A stretch of 64,000 bases of DNA from Octopus bimaculoides (GCF_001194135.2 NC_068987.1:78218557-78282556); one strand, 5' to 3'; positions 12,673-27,178 are shown, counted from the first letter of the stretch. Translations and numbers: made by a program. The notes: generated from the sequence alone by a model not told the origin.

Positions 12673-13634
12673 NNNNNNNNNNNNNNNNNNNNNNNNNNNN
12701 NNNNNNNNNNNNNNNNNNNNNNNNNNNNNNNNNNNNNNNNNNNNNNNNNNNNNNNNNNNNNNNNNNNNNNNNNNNNNNNNNNNNNNNNNNNNNNNNNNNN
12801 NNNNNNNNNNNNNNNNNNNNNNNNNNNNNNNNNNNNNNNNNNNNNNNNNNNNNNNNNNNNNNNNNNNNNNNNNNNNNNNNNNNNNNNNNNNNNNNNNNNN
12901 NNNNNNNNNNNNNNNNNNNNNNNNNNNNNNNNNNNNNNNNNNNNNNNNNNNNNNNNNNNNNNNNNNNNNNNNNNNNNNNNNNNNNNNNNNNNNNNNNNNN
13001 NNNNNNNNNNNNNNNNNNNNNNNNNNNNNNNNNNNNNNNNNNNNNNNNNNNNNNNNNNNNNNNNNNNNNNNNNNNNNNNNNNNNNNNNNNNNNNNNNNNN
13101 NNNNNNNNNNNNNNNNNNNNNNNNNNNNNNNNNNNNNNNNNNNNNNNNNNNNNNNNNNNNNNNNNNNNNNNNNNNNNNNNNNNNNNNNNNNNNNNNNNNN
13201 NNNNNNNNNNNNNNNNNNNNNNNNNNNNNNNNNNNNNNNNNNNNNNNNNNNNNNNNNNNNNNNNNNNNNNNNNNNNNNNNNNNNNNNNNNNNNNNNNNNN
13301 NNNNNNNNNNNNNNNNNNNNNNNNNNNNNNNNNNNNNNNNNNNNNNNNNNNNNNNNNNNNNNNNNNNNNNNNNNNNNNNNNNNNNNNNNNNNNNNNNNNN
13401 NNNNNNNNNNNNNNNNNNNNNNNNNNNNNNNNNNNNNNNNNNNNNNNNNNNNNNNNNNNNNNNNNNNNNNNNNNNNNNNNNNNNNNNNNNNNNNNNNNNN
13501 NNNNNNNNNNNNNNNNNNNNNNNNNNNNNNNNNNNNNNNNNNNNNNNNNNNNNNNNNNNNNNNNNNNNNNNNNNNNNNNNNNNNNNNNNNNNNNNNNNNN
13601 NNNNNNNNNNNNNNNNNNNNNNNNNNNNNNNNNN

Positions 13635-13728
<94 letters not shown>

Positions 13729-13940
13729 GAGGCAGCGAGCTGGCAGAATTGTCAGCACGCTGGACGAAATGCTTACTGGTATTTCTCCCGTTGCTACGTT
13801 CTGAGTTCAAATTCCGCTGAGGCTGACTTTTTCCTTCATCCTTTCGGGGTCGATAAAATAAGTAGCTGCGAAACACTGGGGTTGATGTAATCGACTTAAT
13901 CCCCTCCCCTAAGCTGCCCTTGTGGCAAACATTTAAATTT
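13729..13940 (+). mobile_element. SINE family A
   Basis: Full head and body, embedded in (ATT)n arrays. Confidence 0.9.
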
Positions 13941-13986
13941 ATTATTATTATCATTATTATTATCATTATTATTATCATTATTATTA

Positions 13987-14192
13987 CGAGGAGCTGGCTG
14001 AATCGTTAGAAAATATTTAGTGGCATTCCTTCCGGAGTTTTGCGTTCTGAGTTCAGATATTACCGAGGTTGAATTTACTTACCATTTATCCTTTCGGAGT
14101 TGACAAAATAAGTACCACTCATGTTCTCGAGTCAATGTAATCGATTAAATCCCATCTCCCTGAAATTTGTGACCAATGCCTATGGTAGAAAG
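13987..14192 (+). mobile_element. SINE family A, diverged
   Basis: GAGCTGGCTGAATCGTTAG...GTTCTGAGTTCAGATATTACCGAGG. Confidence 0.8.
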
Positions 14193-14232
14193 ACCTCACA
14201 TCATTATTATTTTGTGAGGCTATATATATATA

Positions 14233-14275
<43 letters not shown>

Positions 14276-14829
14276 NNNNNNNNNNNNNNNNNNNNNNNNN
14301 NNNNNNNNNNNNNNNNNNNNNNNNNNNNNNNNNNNNNNNNNNNNNNNNNNNNNNNNNNNNNNNNNNNNNNNNNNNNNNNNNNNNNNNNNNNNNNNNNNNN
14401 NNNNNNNNNNNNNNNNNNNNNNNNNNNNNNNNNNNNNNNNNNNNNNNNNNNNNNNNNNNNNNNNNNNNNNNNNNNNNNNNNNNNNNNNNNNNNNNNNNNN
14501 NNNNNNNNNNNNNNNNNNNNNNNNNNNNNNNNNNNNNNNNNNNNNNNNNNNNNNNNNTATATATATATATATATATTATTGCCAATTCGATTGAAAGCAG
14601 TACCTGACACGTACTGATTTCATAGATCTCAGTCGTTTGAAATGAGAAGTCAAACGCGGCGGAGCCAAACTCAAAATACAAAGAAATTTATCCAAGCACT
14701 GCAAGGCATTTGTGCATTAATAACATAGTTCTTACATTCTACCACTATCAGCCGGCGTTAAAATATTGCTTGCCAACAAAAGCACAAGACCAATCATTTT
14801 GAGGCAAGATAACAGACAATATTATCGAT

Positions 14830-15020
14830 ACAGTTCTATATTTAAGAGATGAGGAATTACGTACATTATTTACATTATTTACATTCGACGGATACTTCTC
14901 CTCATCTTTGTTATTAACACAACGTTTCAGCTGATATACCCTCCACAGCCTTCATCAGGTGTCTCGTGGGAAATTTCGAACCTGAGCTCTCATTCCTAAG
15001 GTATTTTTCGACGTTGTTAT
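14830..15020 (-). mobile_element. Penelope-like terminal-repeat element carrying a minimal hammerhead motif
   Basis: Homologous to 53310-53440; flanked by 10-bp direct repeat TATTATCGAT (14820-14829 and 15021-15030). Confidence 0.7.
14916..14963 (-). ncRNA. Minimal type I hammerhead ribozyme motif (PLE type)
   Basis: GACAC-CUGAUGA-A-GGCUG(loop)CAGCU-GAAAC-GU-U-GUGUU: stem I 5 bp, stem II 5 bp, palindromic ACGU stem III. Confidence 0.65.
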
Positions 15021-15324
15021 TATTATCGATCGCTGCATGAAACCCTGATAACTGGTACTTTACTTAATCGAAGGATAAACTCAACACGGAAGGATAAAAA
15101 GCAAAATGAACCTATAATGTTACTTTAAATTCTCCGAATTTAAAGGAACATTATATAACGCAATGAAGCATTTTCTACTGACGTAAGGACAGAAATTTTG
15201 ATTGACGTGACTGGTTTTCATCTTTTCTTTCGCAGAAGGATAAAAGGGACTAGTAGTGCAATAATGGTGATGTTACATACGCAGTAGTATTAAATTAATA
15301 CATACTTTTACCAAACGATGATAA

Positions 15325-15550
15325 TAATCGTTCCTGTTATAGCTAAAAGGCCTGAAATTTGGTATGAGGGGACTAGTCGTTTACATCGACCCCATTGTTT
15401 TACTGGTACCTAATTTATAGACTCTGAAAGGATGAAAAGCAAAGTCGACCTCGGCGGAATTTGAACCCAGAACGTAAAGTGGTACGAAATGCCGCTAAGC
15501 ATTTTGTAAACTTTGCTGGGGTGTTAAAGATTCTACTAGCTCATCGCCTT
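15325..15550 (-). mobile_element. SINE family A
   Basis: Antisense core GAAAGGATGAAAAGCAAAGTCGACCTCGGCGGAATTTGAACCCAGAAC. Confidence 0.85.
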
Positions 15551-16477
15551 TCAAACGATTATAATAATGAATATGATTAACATTCAGGCTATAAACACAA
15601 TCAGGTATCCTATTTAGGATTTTGTTTTTAATTTAATAACTATACCTATCTATTTATCTATCTCTCCCTATANNNNNNNNNNNNNNNNNNNNNNNNNNNN
15701 NNNNNNNNNNNNNNNNNNNNNNNNNNNNNNNNNNNNNNNNNNNNNNNNNNNNNNNNNNNNNNNNNNNNNNNNNNNNNNNNNNNNNNNNNNNNNNNNNNNN
15801 NNNNNNNNNNNNNNNNNNNNNNNNNNNNNNNNNNNNNNNNNNNNNNNNNNNNNNNNNNNNNNNNNNNNNNNNNNNNNNNNNNNNNNNNNNNNNNNNNNNN
15901 NNNNNNNNNNNNNNNNNNNNNNNNNNNNNNNNNNNNNNNNNNNNNNNNNNNNNNNNNNNNNNNNNNNNNNNNNNNNNNNNNNNNNNNNNNNNNNNNNNNN
16001 NNNNNNNNNNNNNNNNNNNNNNNNNNNNNNNNNNNNNNNNNNNNNNNNNNNNNNNNNNNNNNNNNNNNNNNNNNNNNNNNNNNNNNNNNNNNNNNNNNNN
16101 NNNNNNNNNNNNNNNNNNNNNNNNNNNNNNNNNNNNNNNNNNNNNNNNNNNNNNNNNNNNNNNNNNNNNNNNNNNNNNNNNNNNNNNNNNNNNNNNNNNN
16201 NNNNNNNNNNNNNNNNNNNNNNNNNNNNNNNNNNNNNNNNNNNNNNNNNNNNNNNNNNNNNNNNNNNNNNNNNNNNNNNNNNNNNNNNNNNNNNNNNNNN
16301 NNNNNNNNNNNNNNNNNNNNNNNNNNNNNNNNNNNNNNNNNNNNNNNNNNNNNNNNNNNNNNNNNNNNNNNNNNNNNNNNNNNNNNNNNNNNNNNNNNNN
16401 NNNNNNNNNNNNNNNNNNNNNNNNNNNNNNNNNNNNNNNNNNNNNNNNNNNNNATATATATATATATATACATGCCG

Positions 16478-16570
16478 GGCTTTCAGTTTCTGTGTAGCAA
16501 ATCCACTCACAAGGTTTTAGTTGACCCGAGAAGCAACATTCTTACCACACAACCACACCTGCACCTGTGT
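16478..16570 (-). mobile_element. SINE family B, internally deleted head fragment
   Basis: TTTCAGTTTCTGTGTAGCAAATCCACTCACAAGG...TTCTTACCACACAACCACACCTGCACCT. Confidence 0.7.
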
Positions 16571-16923
16571 ACATTTTATTTATCTTTATCCCTGTGATTC
16601 TGGTTTCCGATGCTTGCATGGCTAGTAAAGCCGGAGTTTGAATACATAAGGCTGGTTGCATGTACTCCAAATACAGATCCAAATAAAAACGAATGAAAGA
16701 GAGTCAAAAATATTGAAATCCAAGCGAAAGTTATCCGTTACGAAACTTGATGTAGAAATATCGTAGTAAGGACATAAAACGAGATGTCTTTTCCACTTTT
16801 AATAATGGTATATGAAAAGTGATAAAGACAACTGATTTTGTTTTCAATCTAAATTAATGATTTTGGTACCCTAGGACACTTAATAACTCCTGATGTATTC
16901 TCATTTCCTCTCTCTGTTTCCGT

Positions 16924-16987
<64 letters not shown>

Positions 16988-17132
16988 ATACTATATATTT
17001 AAGCTCTCAAATACACACACACATATGTATGAATGCATATATTGCATATATGTGTGATTATGTGTATGTATGTTTACGTAGATTCGGTTATCTCTCCCTT
17101 TCCCCCCACTCTTTCTTACACCTCTCTCTTCC

Positions 17133-17181
<49 letters not shown>

Positions 17182-17464
17182 GTCGTACTGGAATTTGTGT
17201 TCCGTTTCAAATTAATATAATGATATGCACTATTATATTAGTATACGATAAAATATAATGAATAATATATATATATATATATATATATACGCACATACAT
17301 ATATGTATGTATATGTATGTATGTGTGTACAAATATATATATACAATAAGTAATGCATATCATAATGTAAGTTTCAATGCGGGTATAATTGCATGTCTGC
17401 AGAAACAAAAAAATAACATTCCATGCACTAAACATTCCTCATATCTGCATTGTGTTTTACACAG

Positions 17465-17512
17465 CACAATATTAGCTGCAGTATGGAACCGAAACCTGAT
17501 GCATGGCGGGAA
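17465..17512 (+). CDS. Possible 48-nt internal exon of an unidentified gene
   Basis: TTGTGTTTTACACAG acceptor, GAA|GTAATT donor; two open frames (HNISCSMEPKPDAWRE or TILAAVWNRNLMHGG); no homology recognised. Confidence 0.15.
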
Positions 17513-17906
17513 GTAATTAGCGAGAAACCTAGCCAAAGTTCAGTATCCCAATAGCATTTGTCAATATATTTAGGAAATCAGTATATCAAGTTAATTACAA
17601 ACTTTGTTCTAACTTTTACACGACTTCTTACCAAAAGTGTTAACGAGAACAAATATATCTTTGAGCAGTCTGTGTAATTATCCACTTTATCTGTAAAAGG
17701 AAATAAGTAGAATACCCAATAAAAGACTTAAGCATGAATTCATGTTAGAAAAAAAAAAAGAGAAGGCTAAAATGAAACATAAAAATTAAAAGATTAAAAG
17801 CAAGGGAAAATATTTCATGTAAAAATCTCCACGAAACAGAAAGTAATAGAAAATGTGTATGTATATATATATATATATGTATGTATATATACATGTATAT
17901 ATACAT

Positions 17907-18006
<100 letters not shown>

Positions 18007-18590
18007 CGAATGCATGGAAATGATGAAATAAGGCTCTCTGTACATAATTTAAGAAGGAGAAGAAATACAAGAAACACAACAAAATTAGCACCTTCTAAGA
18101 CAACAACAGCTACAGCAATAAATAACACAAGGAAACAAAAGACAAACAAAACATATAAATAACAACGATGAAATATCAGTGAAAATTAAACAGTGTTGTT
18201 GTATTGCAATTGATAACAGTTTATGGGTAATTAGCTGTTTTGGAGTAATCACGCAATAAATGTTCCGCAAAAATGCATGAGCAATAATATTTAAATATAG
18301 CAGCATAGAAGAAATGTATCGTTTCTAAATAGATGAATGTTGTTAGTTCATTAACATAGTATCTAAAACATAGTATCCTAAACAAAAAGAAAAGTCTATA
18401 AAGGCTTCTGTATGGATATGTGTATATATGCATGTAGGTGTAAAAAGCTGTATAGTTGTGTGCATGATAAAATGGAAAATTATTCTTTCTGGTTTGTATA
18501 TATATAATATATTCCTACATACACGCAGGCACATACAAGTAGGCAGACACACATACATAAACACACACATGCACACACACACATTCTCTC

Positions 18591-18676
<86 letters not shown>

Positions 18677-19569
18677 CGTGTATGTATATATATATACACG
18701 TAGAAAGAAAGCAAGATAGAGAGAGGGAGAGATAGAGAAAGCTTGAGATAGAGGTGTGCATAAAATATACATACACATGTACAATGTAACTGTATACATG
18801 AAGCGAGTGTGAGTGTGTGAGTGTGTGTGTGTATGTGTGTGTAGGTCATTCCTAAATTAAATGTTCGATATCCGTGTGAGAATGTGAGCTTGTTGAAACG
18901 TTTGTCTCTATAAAAGTATCAACTGTGCATCTGGATTTCGGAATTACTGAGTTATAGGGCGTGTTGCTTTTTACGTGGTGTCATTTACATATACATATAT
19001 CTATGTATGTACATACGTACATACATTAATATATACATGCATGCATACATACATACACACATTCCTTCCCCTATATATACATATATGTATACGCACGCAT
19101 AAGTATGCAAACATATTTGTATACATACATATATACAACACACACACACACAAATACTCACACACACGCGCGCGCGATCACAAATTATAGAAGAAAAACA
19201 CAAAGAATGGAGAATTATACATTCTTTAATTCTCCCTTACGTTCGATTCAGCTCGCTTGACGTTTCAAAATTCAACGATGTTGTAATCATGCATATTTAT
19301 CTCTTCCATATTTGTTCAATTAACATTCTACGGAGACTGAGAAATTTAACACCATCCTATCCTTATCAAAGCCCTTATACTGCATCAATTTGGCGTTTGA
19401 AGTTTGGATTTGCAAATTTGACAGACACCGTAAATCAACTTTAATCCCGACGTGGATTGCGATAGCTTTCAAGGCACAATTTTGTTATAATTAGGCAAGT
19501 TTGATCCTTACGGAGTGCTTAAAATGTATTCAGATGGAGCTTTAATCTGTTTTTATAACTTGTATATTC

Positions 19570-19790
19570 TTTTGTTCTTTTATTTATTTCAGCAATTTCA
19601 CTGCGGCCATGCTGGAACACCGCCTTTAGTCGAACAAATCGACCCCAAGATTTAGTCCTCGTAAGCCTAGCACTTATTCTATCGGTTTATTCTGCCAAAC
19701 CGCTAAGTTATGGGGGCATAAACACGCCAACATCAATCGTCAAGCGATGGTGGGGGAACAAACACAGGCACACAAATACATACTTACATT
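19570..19790 (-). mobile_element. SINE family B, 3' half
   Basis: CTGCGGCCATGCTGGAACACCGCCTTTAGTCGAACAAATCGACCCC...CCGCTAAGTTATGGGG. Confidence 0.85.
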
Positions 19791-20633
19791 CATATATATA
19801 CCCCTTAATCTTGAAATCAATTGATATGTAATTGAACCGGTTCATGAATCTGTTTCGTTTATTTACACGAGTACGGCGCGTGTTATTTTTATGGTGATAT
19901 GTTAAGTAGTTTTTAAACATTGACGTCTTCTTCGCATGCTGGCGAATTGTATACGTACTTGTTTGCCTTTGATACAGATTTATAAATAGATTAATTTTAC
20001 TATAACCGGCGGTTGATTGCATGCAAACTACCTGATAAAATCAAACGTAGATTTAGGATAAAACGTAGATTTTATCCTGAAATTTTAACATATATACACG
20101 TGTATATATATATATATNNNNNNNNNNNNNNNNNNNNNNNNNNNNNNNNNNNNNNNNNNNNNNNNNNNNNNNNNNNNNNNNNNNNNNNNNNNNNNNNNNN
20201 NNNNNNNNNNNNNNNNNNNNNNNNNNNNNNNNNNNNNNNNNNNNNNNNNNNNNNNNNNNNNNNNNNNNNNNNNNNNNNNNNNNNNNNNNNNNNNNNNNNN
20301 NNNNNNNNNNNNNNNNNNNNNNNNNNNNNNNNNNNNNNNNNNNNNNNNNNNNNNNNNNNNNNNNNNNNNNNNNNNNNNNNNNNNNNNNNNNNNNNNNNNN
20401 NNNNNNNNNNNNNNNNNNNNNNNNNNNNNNNNNNNNNNNNNNNNNNNNNNNNNNNNNNNNNNNNNNNNNNNNNNNNNNNNNNNNNNNNNNNNNNNNNNNN
20501 NNNNNNNNNNNNNNNNNNNNNNNNNNNNNNNNNNNNNNNNNNNNNNNNNNNNNNNNNNNNNNNNNNNNNNNNNNNNNNNNNNNNNNNNNNNNNNNNNNNN
20601 NNNNNNNNNNNNNNNNNNNNNNNNNNNNNNNNN

Positions 20634-20693
<60 letters not shown>

Positions 20694-20721
20694 CATACAT
20701 GCATATATATATATTATCTTA

Positions 20722-20985
20722 TTCTTTTACTTCTTTCAGTCATCTAACTGCGGCTATGCTAGAGCACCACCTTGAAGTGTTTTTTTGTCGGACAAGTCGA
20801 CACTGTGACTTATTTTTAGGCCTAGTACTTATTCTATCGATTTCTTTGCTGAACCGCTAATTATCCACTCACAATAACTTGGTTGGTCCAGGGCTATGGT
20901 GGAAGACGGTTGTTCAAGTTGTCACACGGAGGGATTGAACCCGGACCTATGTGGTTGGGAAGCAAACTTCTTGTAACACAAGCCT
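20722..20985 (-). mobile_element. SINE family B, internally deleted
   Basis: 3' tail (CTGCGGCTATGCTAGAGCACCACC) joined to head (GAACCCGGACCTATGTGGTTGGGAAGC). Confidence 0.8.
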
Positions 20986-21139
20986 AAAGAGAGAGAAAGA
21001 GAGAGAGAGAGATAGTGGGGGAAGAGAGAGAACGGAAGAGAGAGAGAAGGGGAAGAGAGAGAGAAGGGGAAGTGAGATAGGTAGAGGGGCAAGAGTTAGA
21101 AAGAGAGGGAAGAGTGAGTGAGAGGGGGTAGAGTGAGAT

Positions 21140-21206
<67 letters not shown>

Positions 21207-21548
21207 ACGTTTAAACGCTTCTGAATATTTATGAAAATATGTTAGCAGAAGGTTGCATATCTCAGCATATAATAAGGCATAAACTTAGACACTACAAAAT
21301 CACAAACATTCACATACACATACGTATATACATACATGCGCCTATGTGTGTGTATGCATGTGAGTGTGTGTGTGTGTATGTGCGTGTATGTGCGGGCATA
21401 GAATCATGTGGCTACATTATTAATACGTACGTATTATAATTAATATCATTATTAATACGTATGTACTGCATGGATAGATGTGCAATTAACTACCTCCATA
21501 TACTTGATTGTAATGCATAAATCTTAGTTTTCTTTATCTTACTCTCTC

Positions 21549-21594
<46 letters not shown>

Positions 21595-22023
21595 ACAAAC
21601 ACAAATGCACGCACACGCACACACATACAGACATACACACGCATGCCCATATGTGTGTGTATGTGTGCATGTATATGCATATACACGCACACCTTTGTAC
21701 ATAGATATGTATATATATATAGATATGTATATAGATATGTACATAGATATGTATATATATATAGATATGTATATAGATATGTACATAGATATGTATATAT
21801 ATAGCAATATAGAGAGAGAGAGAGAGAGAGAGAGAGGGAAAGAGAGAGAGAGAGAGAAAGAGAGAGAGAATAAGAGAGAATGATAGTTTTATATGCACAT
21901 GCAAACAGACTTCTCTCTCGGTACATATCTAAATAGATATTGATATTTATACATACATACACACATACATACATATATATATATAGATAGATAAATAGAT
22001 AGACAGATATAGATACACACACG

Positions 22024-22073
<50 letters not shown>

Positions 22074-22202
22074 GAGAGAGAGGGAGAGGAAGAGACAGAG
22101 ATAGAGATAGAGATAGATGGATAGATGTATATATGAATGTATATATATATATCTTCATGTATGTGCATAATGTATATATATATATGCGTTTATATATATA
22201 TG

Positions 22203-22245
<43 letters not shown>

Positions 22246-22333
22246 NNNNNNNNNNNNNNNNNNNNNNNNNNNNNNNNNNNNNNNNNNNNNNNNNNNNNNN
22301 NNNNNNNNNNNNNNNNNNNNNNNNNNNNNNNNN

Positions 22334-22385
<52 letters not shown>

Positions 22386-22674
22386 AGTGGTAGGTTTGCC
22401 TCGATCCTTCAGGGGTAGTCTGGCTCCATTCTCCAAGTAAATATATATATATATATATATATATGCGTGCATGCATGCACATATTTTTGTAATGCGTATA
22501 AGGAAAAGTTTGAAAAACTTCAACGAATCAAAGTTTCCAATTCTATTAATGCCATGTTAAAGCTACTTTGATATAACTAAAACGACTCCTGCCACTGCTT
22601 CTATTGTTGCTGTTACTGCTGAAGGAAATGAAGTTGATGTAGATTTGCATCTGCTAAAACTGATGCTAGATGGC

Positions 22675-22800
22675 TAATTGCTAGAATCGTTAGTATATCA
22701 GATAAATTGCCTCGAGGTGTTTGTTCCAGTTGCGTGGTTCCTGAGATCGAATCACGTGGATATCAACTATACTTTTCATACTTACAAGACCGATAAATAA
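22675..22800 (+). mobile_element. Degenerate SINE family A
   Basis: CTAGAATCGTTAG...CCTGAGATCGAATC...CTTTTCAT remnants. Confidence 0.45.
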
Positions 22801-23157
22801 ATTGCCTTAAGATCAGTTATATCATTTTAGTGAGGGAACACTAAAATACTCCTTTTCTCTCAGTTTCTGTATCACGTCGGTGCACCGGTTCTCGTCGAAT
22901 CCCCGAAGTAAAGGAACGTCGAACCTAGTTAGTACAGAGATAGATGACCACTTGAGCAACCTAGATGCTGTATGCATCACTTGTTTACTCAAAGCGGTGT
23001 TCTAGCATGTTCACAGTCCAATGAAACAAGTTAAAAACATATATCAGTGAGAAGCTAGCAGCTCTTCCCATAGAAATCTATCTGAAGTTCTATTGAAATC
23101 CTCCAAAATCAGTTCTGATGGGTTGTTTGGCACAGGACAAGTTAAAGAAGAATCTTG

Positions 23158-23492
23158 ATCTTTTACTTGTTTTAATCATTAGACTGCGGCCTTGTTGGAG
23201 CACAGCCTAAAAGAATTTTTAGTCGAAAAAAATCAAGCCCTGTACTTATTTTTTAAGCCTGGTACCTATTCTATCGGTCACTTTTGCAGGCCCACTAAAT
23301 TACAAGGGTATAAACATACATACATATGTATATACGGCAGACTTCTTTCAGTTTCCGTCTACCAAATTCACTTACAAGGGTTTGATCGGCCCGAGGCTAC
23401 AGTAAAAGACACTTGCCAAATGTGTCACATAGTGGGACTGAACTCAGAACCATATGATTCGGAAGCAAACTTCTTAACACATTCCCACACCT
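23158..23492 (-). mobile_element. SINE family B, near full length
   Basis: GACTGCGGCCTTGTTGGAGCAC...CTTCTTTCAGTTTCCGTCTACCAAATTCAC...GGGACTGAACTCAGAACCAT. Confidence 0.85.
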
Positions 23493-23579
23493 GTAATTTA
23501 TTTTATTGAATTTATCATATTACATGTTGACGTAACTTCTTTGACTAGCTTATTATTATTGATTTGAATGACAACTTAT

Positions 23580-23790
23580 GTGGAGAATCGGCAGATTGCC
23601 AGACTGAAAGCCTCGCGGATTTTTTTCTGTCATTTTAAGCTTTGAGTTTAAATACTACCGAGGTTAAACTTTACCTTTCATCATTTGGGGATTGAGAAAG
23701 TAGCGTACTTTTGAGATACTAGGGATAAATACACCACTAACTCATACGTCCGAATTTTCTGGTCTTATGCCTTTGTTAAACATTATTATC
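23580..23790 (+). mobile_element. Degenerate SINE family A
   Basis: TTTGAGTTTAAATACTACCGAGGTTAAACTTTTACCTTTCATCATTTGGGG. Confidence 0.55.
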
Positions 23791-24149
23791 ATTTTCATTG
23801 AGAAACAAGCAATGAAACAACGGACCAAATGTCTTGGAGGATTTAGTTAGGTCTGTTAAAATTCTGAATCAGAATTTTGCGACATATTTGGAAATATGTA
23901 ACAATTTGTCTGTGTAAGTGACTAACTGAGCTGAAACCTAATACGAACGGTCTGCTGTCCACTTGCTATTCCTCATCAAACTATTGTTGAAGAATAACTA
24001 AAAAAAAAAAAAAAGCAAAAGATACCGTGCTATTTTGGAAAGGAATAGGGTTTTTCCACAATTCCCAGAATGACAAACTGTTGGCTAAAACACTAGCCAT
24101 ATCTACCAAGAAAATAAAAGGTAGACAATGCAAGCATGTCATTGAATCA

Positions 24150-24500
24150 ATTATTTGAAACCGTTCGTTTTCCTTCAGATTCTCTTACCACTTTAATGTC
24201 TCCTCTTTTGACTGCAACATTAATAGGACTGAATAGTTGAATGCTCTTGATCTGGAGAGTGTTTGCAATCCAATCAGGGTTTTGCATTGAATAACCTTTA
24301 GTCATTTCATTTTAATATGGTTATCATCAGAGAGACAGGGTTTCTAAAACACAGTCGCTCGTAATTCTTCATGCCAAATTCGGGATATTTAAGGCTTTTC
24401 TGTTTCAGTTTACCAAAAAGTTGGCAAGAAACAGTGAATTGCCTATCTATATATGAATTTCGATGTCTGCCTTTACAGTCTACTCCAGCGGTTTGAAAAT
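24150..24500 (-). mobile_element. Old RTE-like LINE reverse-transcriptase remnant
   Basis: Stop-riddled fragments ADIEIHI*IGNS, FFGKL, CVLETL and LSRS...LLMLQ...LKW occur in the order of RTE post-RT motifs; weak. Confidence 0.35.
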
Positions 24501-26107
24501 TCGGTTTGTCGCCAGAGCTGGATAGTCTTCGCTACAAGTTTATATTGTCAATTCAATAATGCTCGGACTCACTCCATATCTGTAGAGTCTGTCTTACACC
24601 GGTAATACCTGCCTGTAGTGCTGCAAGGTGACGGATTTCTGGAAGCTATTCAAGTCTCCTAGCTAATTGTTCTCTAGACGAGACTAGTTACTTGTTTCAT
24701 GTCAATGCTAAGAGTTTCTCCCAGAATATTCTATCTCTTGCTTACGACTAATTCTCTATAGAGTGCTTCCAGTTGCAAGGCGTGCTATATTGGTCTTCTT
24801 TTTACAAAAGACGGCAGCTTCGACAAGAATATGAGCTGTGGGGGAAAGTGGAGTACAAAGGGTCACCGCGCCTGCTAACCGTCAAAGAATCTGCGGAAGT
24901 GGCAGTCTCAGCACATATCTTTGTATCATGTCTTAGTATCAACGACAAAATATTGAGCCATCCATGTAGAAGTTAATGGCAGCAGATGGACCGTCTGACT
25001 AATGAAATAGGTTCCCGCCAAAAGAAGTAGCATCAATCGTTCAAATCTAATAAGACATAAACAAGTATAAGTTACGACAGTTGAGCGACAATATATAGAG
25101 GTAGTGATATTTGTGTACAGCCCGTCTATACGACCTTATACACGGAATGTCGGAAGCCAAGCATTGCTATAATCTATTTCTTGTAATCCAATGCGTTACA
25201 CGGTGGTTACACGAAGTATGAGGACTGTTTAAAATCCGTAGCTTTTACAGGCAAAGGAGTATAATTTAGTGGTGTGTACCATGCTTTCGTTAGTTCTTTT
25301 AAGAGTTCATGCAGTTGCGAGCAGACATAGACATACCATCGGCGCACCCAGCGTAAACTTGAGATACACATAATTCTAAAATAAACTGTTGCCTATTATT
25401 ACTGCCAAATTACTCCTCCTGTCTTTAATATTGTAAGCAGTTTGAAAAGTTAGCCTTTAGCGAAACTTTTAATTAACTGTTAATTTTTTTAACAGTGTAC
25501 TCTGTAGATTGTATTGAGTTCTTTGACCAGTTTGTTGTTCTTATGTGTTTATAAGTGGTGTGTGTGTGTGTGTGTGTGTGTGTGCATTATAGCTGAGATG
25601 AAAATCTTTATTTTGCAAGGTAATGTCCTGAAGCTAAATCTTATTCATTATTCTACAGTCACGCAGGATAATTATATCGCAAAAGAAAAAAAACAAAATT
25701 ACCAGAATATTTTAAATATAGATTAATAGGGTGGTGGTGTTTGAAATTCACAAATTAACACTAATCATGATAGAAATTGTTCGAAAATGGAGAAAATTGA
25801 AACAATTCAATCTGCCTTAATACAAACTCAGGGGTTAGTTCTTCAGGCAGTGTTCTTAATTTGTTTATTATCTTGAAACGCACAGTCTTTGTTTTCAAAA
25901 TCTTAACCGAAATTAATTAAAATAAATACTTATTCATTTCACTTAACTTTTTGAATTTTAAGATAATTGTCTAAATCTGTTAGCACATAATGTGCTAATA
26001 TTTACAGCGTTTAATTCTAATTTGTAATGACACAGTAATTCCTACAGGCGTGTTTTATCTAATATTACCTTGGTATTATTTTTAAGACACACGATCCAAT
26101 ATATGTT

Positions 26108-26163
<56 letters not shown>

Positions 26164-26204
26164 TATACATATATACATACATATATATAAGTATATATAA
26201 ATAT

Positions 26205-26248
<44 letters not shown>

Positions 26249-26782
26249 CTATCTATATATATATATACAAACTTATATATACATACATATATGTATATAT
26301 ATATATATTACATATACATAATATATATATATAATATATATATATATGTATACATAGATATGTATATATATATGTAAGTATATGTGTGTGAGTGTGCGTA
26401 TTTATATATCTATGTATTCTTGCGTATATGAATTAAGAATATGTGTTCGTGTGTAGCATGTTCCATTTCGTCATTTCATGAGTTTTGTTCATTAAATTAG
26501 AAGCCTCACCGAAAGCATAGATCAATTTGGGACTTAGAATATTGGCAGATATAAAAAACAAAAACGTGCAAATTGCTTATATTTTTATTAGATCTAATTG
26601 AATATGATCTAAACTAATTTTTAGGAAATATGATTGCAATTAGATGCCACATGAATGCTCTATCACGAAAGATTGAGATTGTTTGGCGCTTAGTAAGGAA
26701 ACCATACACACAAAACGTACAAACATAGATACATACATACATACATTCATCATGCACCCTATCCACCACAAATATATATACA

Positions 26783-26944
26783 AGCGCAGATGTAGTTCTG
26801 TGGTAACAATTTTGCTTCCCAACCACATGGTTCCGGTTTCAGTCCCCATGCATAAAAGCTAAGGCAAGTGTCTTCTACTATAGCTCGGGGCCGACCAAAG
26901 CTTTGCGAGTGGGTTTGGTAAAGGAAAACTGAAAGACTCCCATC

Positions 26945-26993
<49 letters not shown>

Positions 26994-27178
26994 TGTGTGT
27001 GTGTGTATGTTTTTCTCCCACCACCGCTTGACAACCGGTGTTTGTTTTCTTACGTCCCAATAACGTGGTGATAGTAGGCTTAAAAAATAAGTACTTGAGT
27101 TAATTTGTCCGACTAAACTTTTCAAGATGACTCCAGTATGGCTGCAGTCTAATGTCTGACAAGTAACAGATAAAACGA
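26783..27178 (+). mobile_element. SINE family B (CORE-like), full length with internal (AT)n
   Basis: tRNA head GCTTCCCAACCACATGGTTCCGGTTTCAGTCC, CORE-like GGCAAGTGTCTTCTACTATAG, 3' CTCCAGTATGGCTGCAGTC. Confidence 0.85.
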
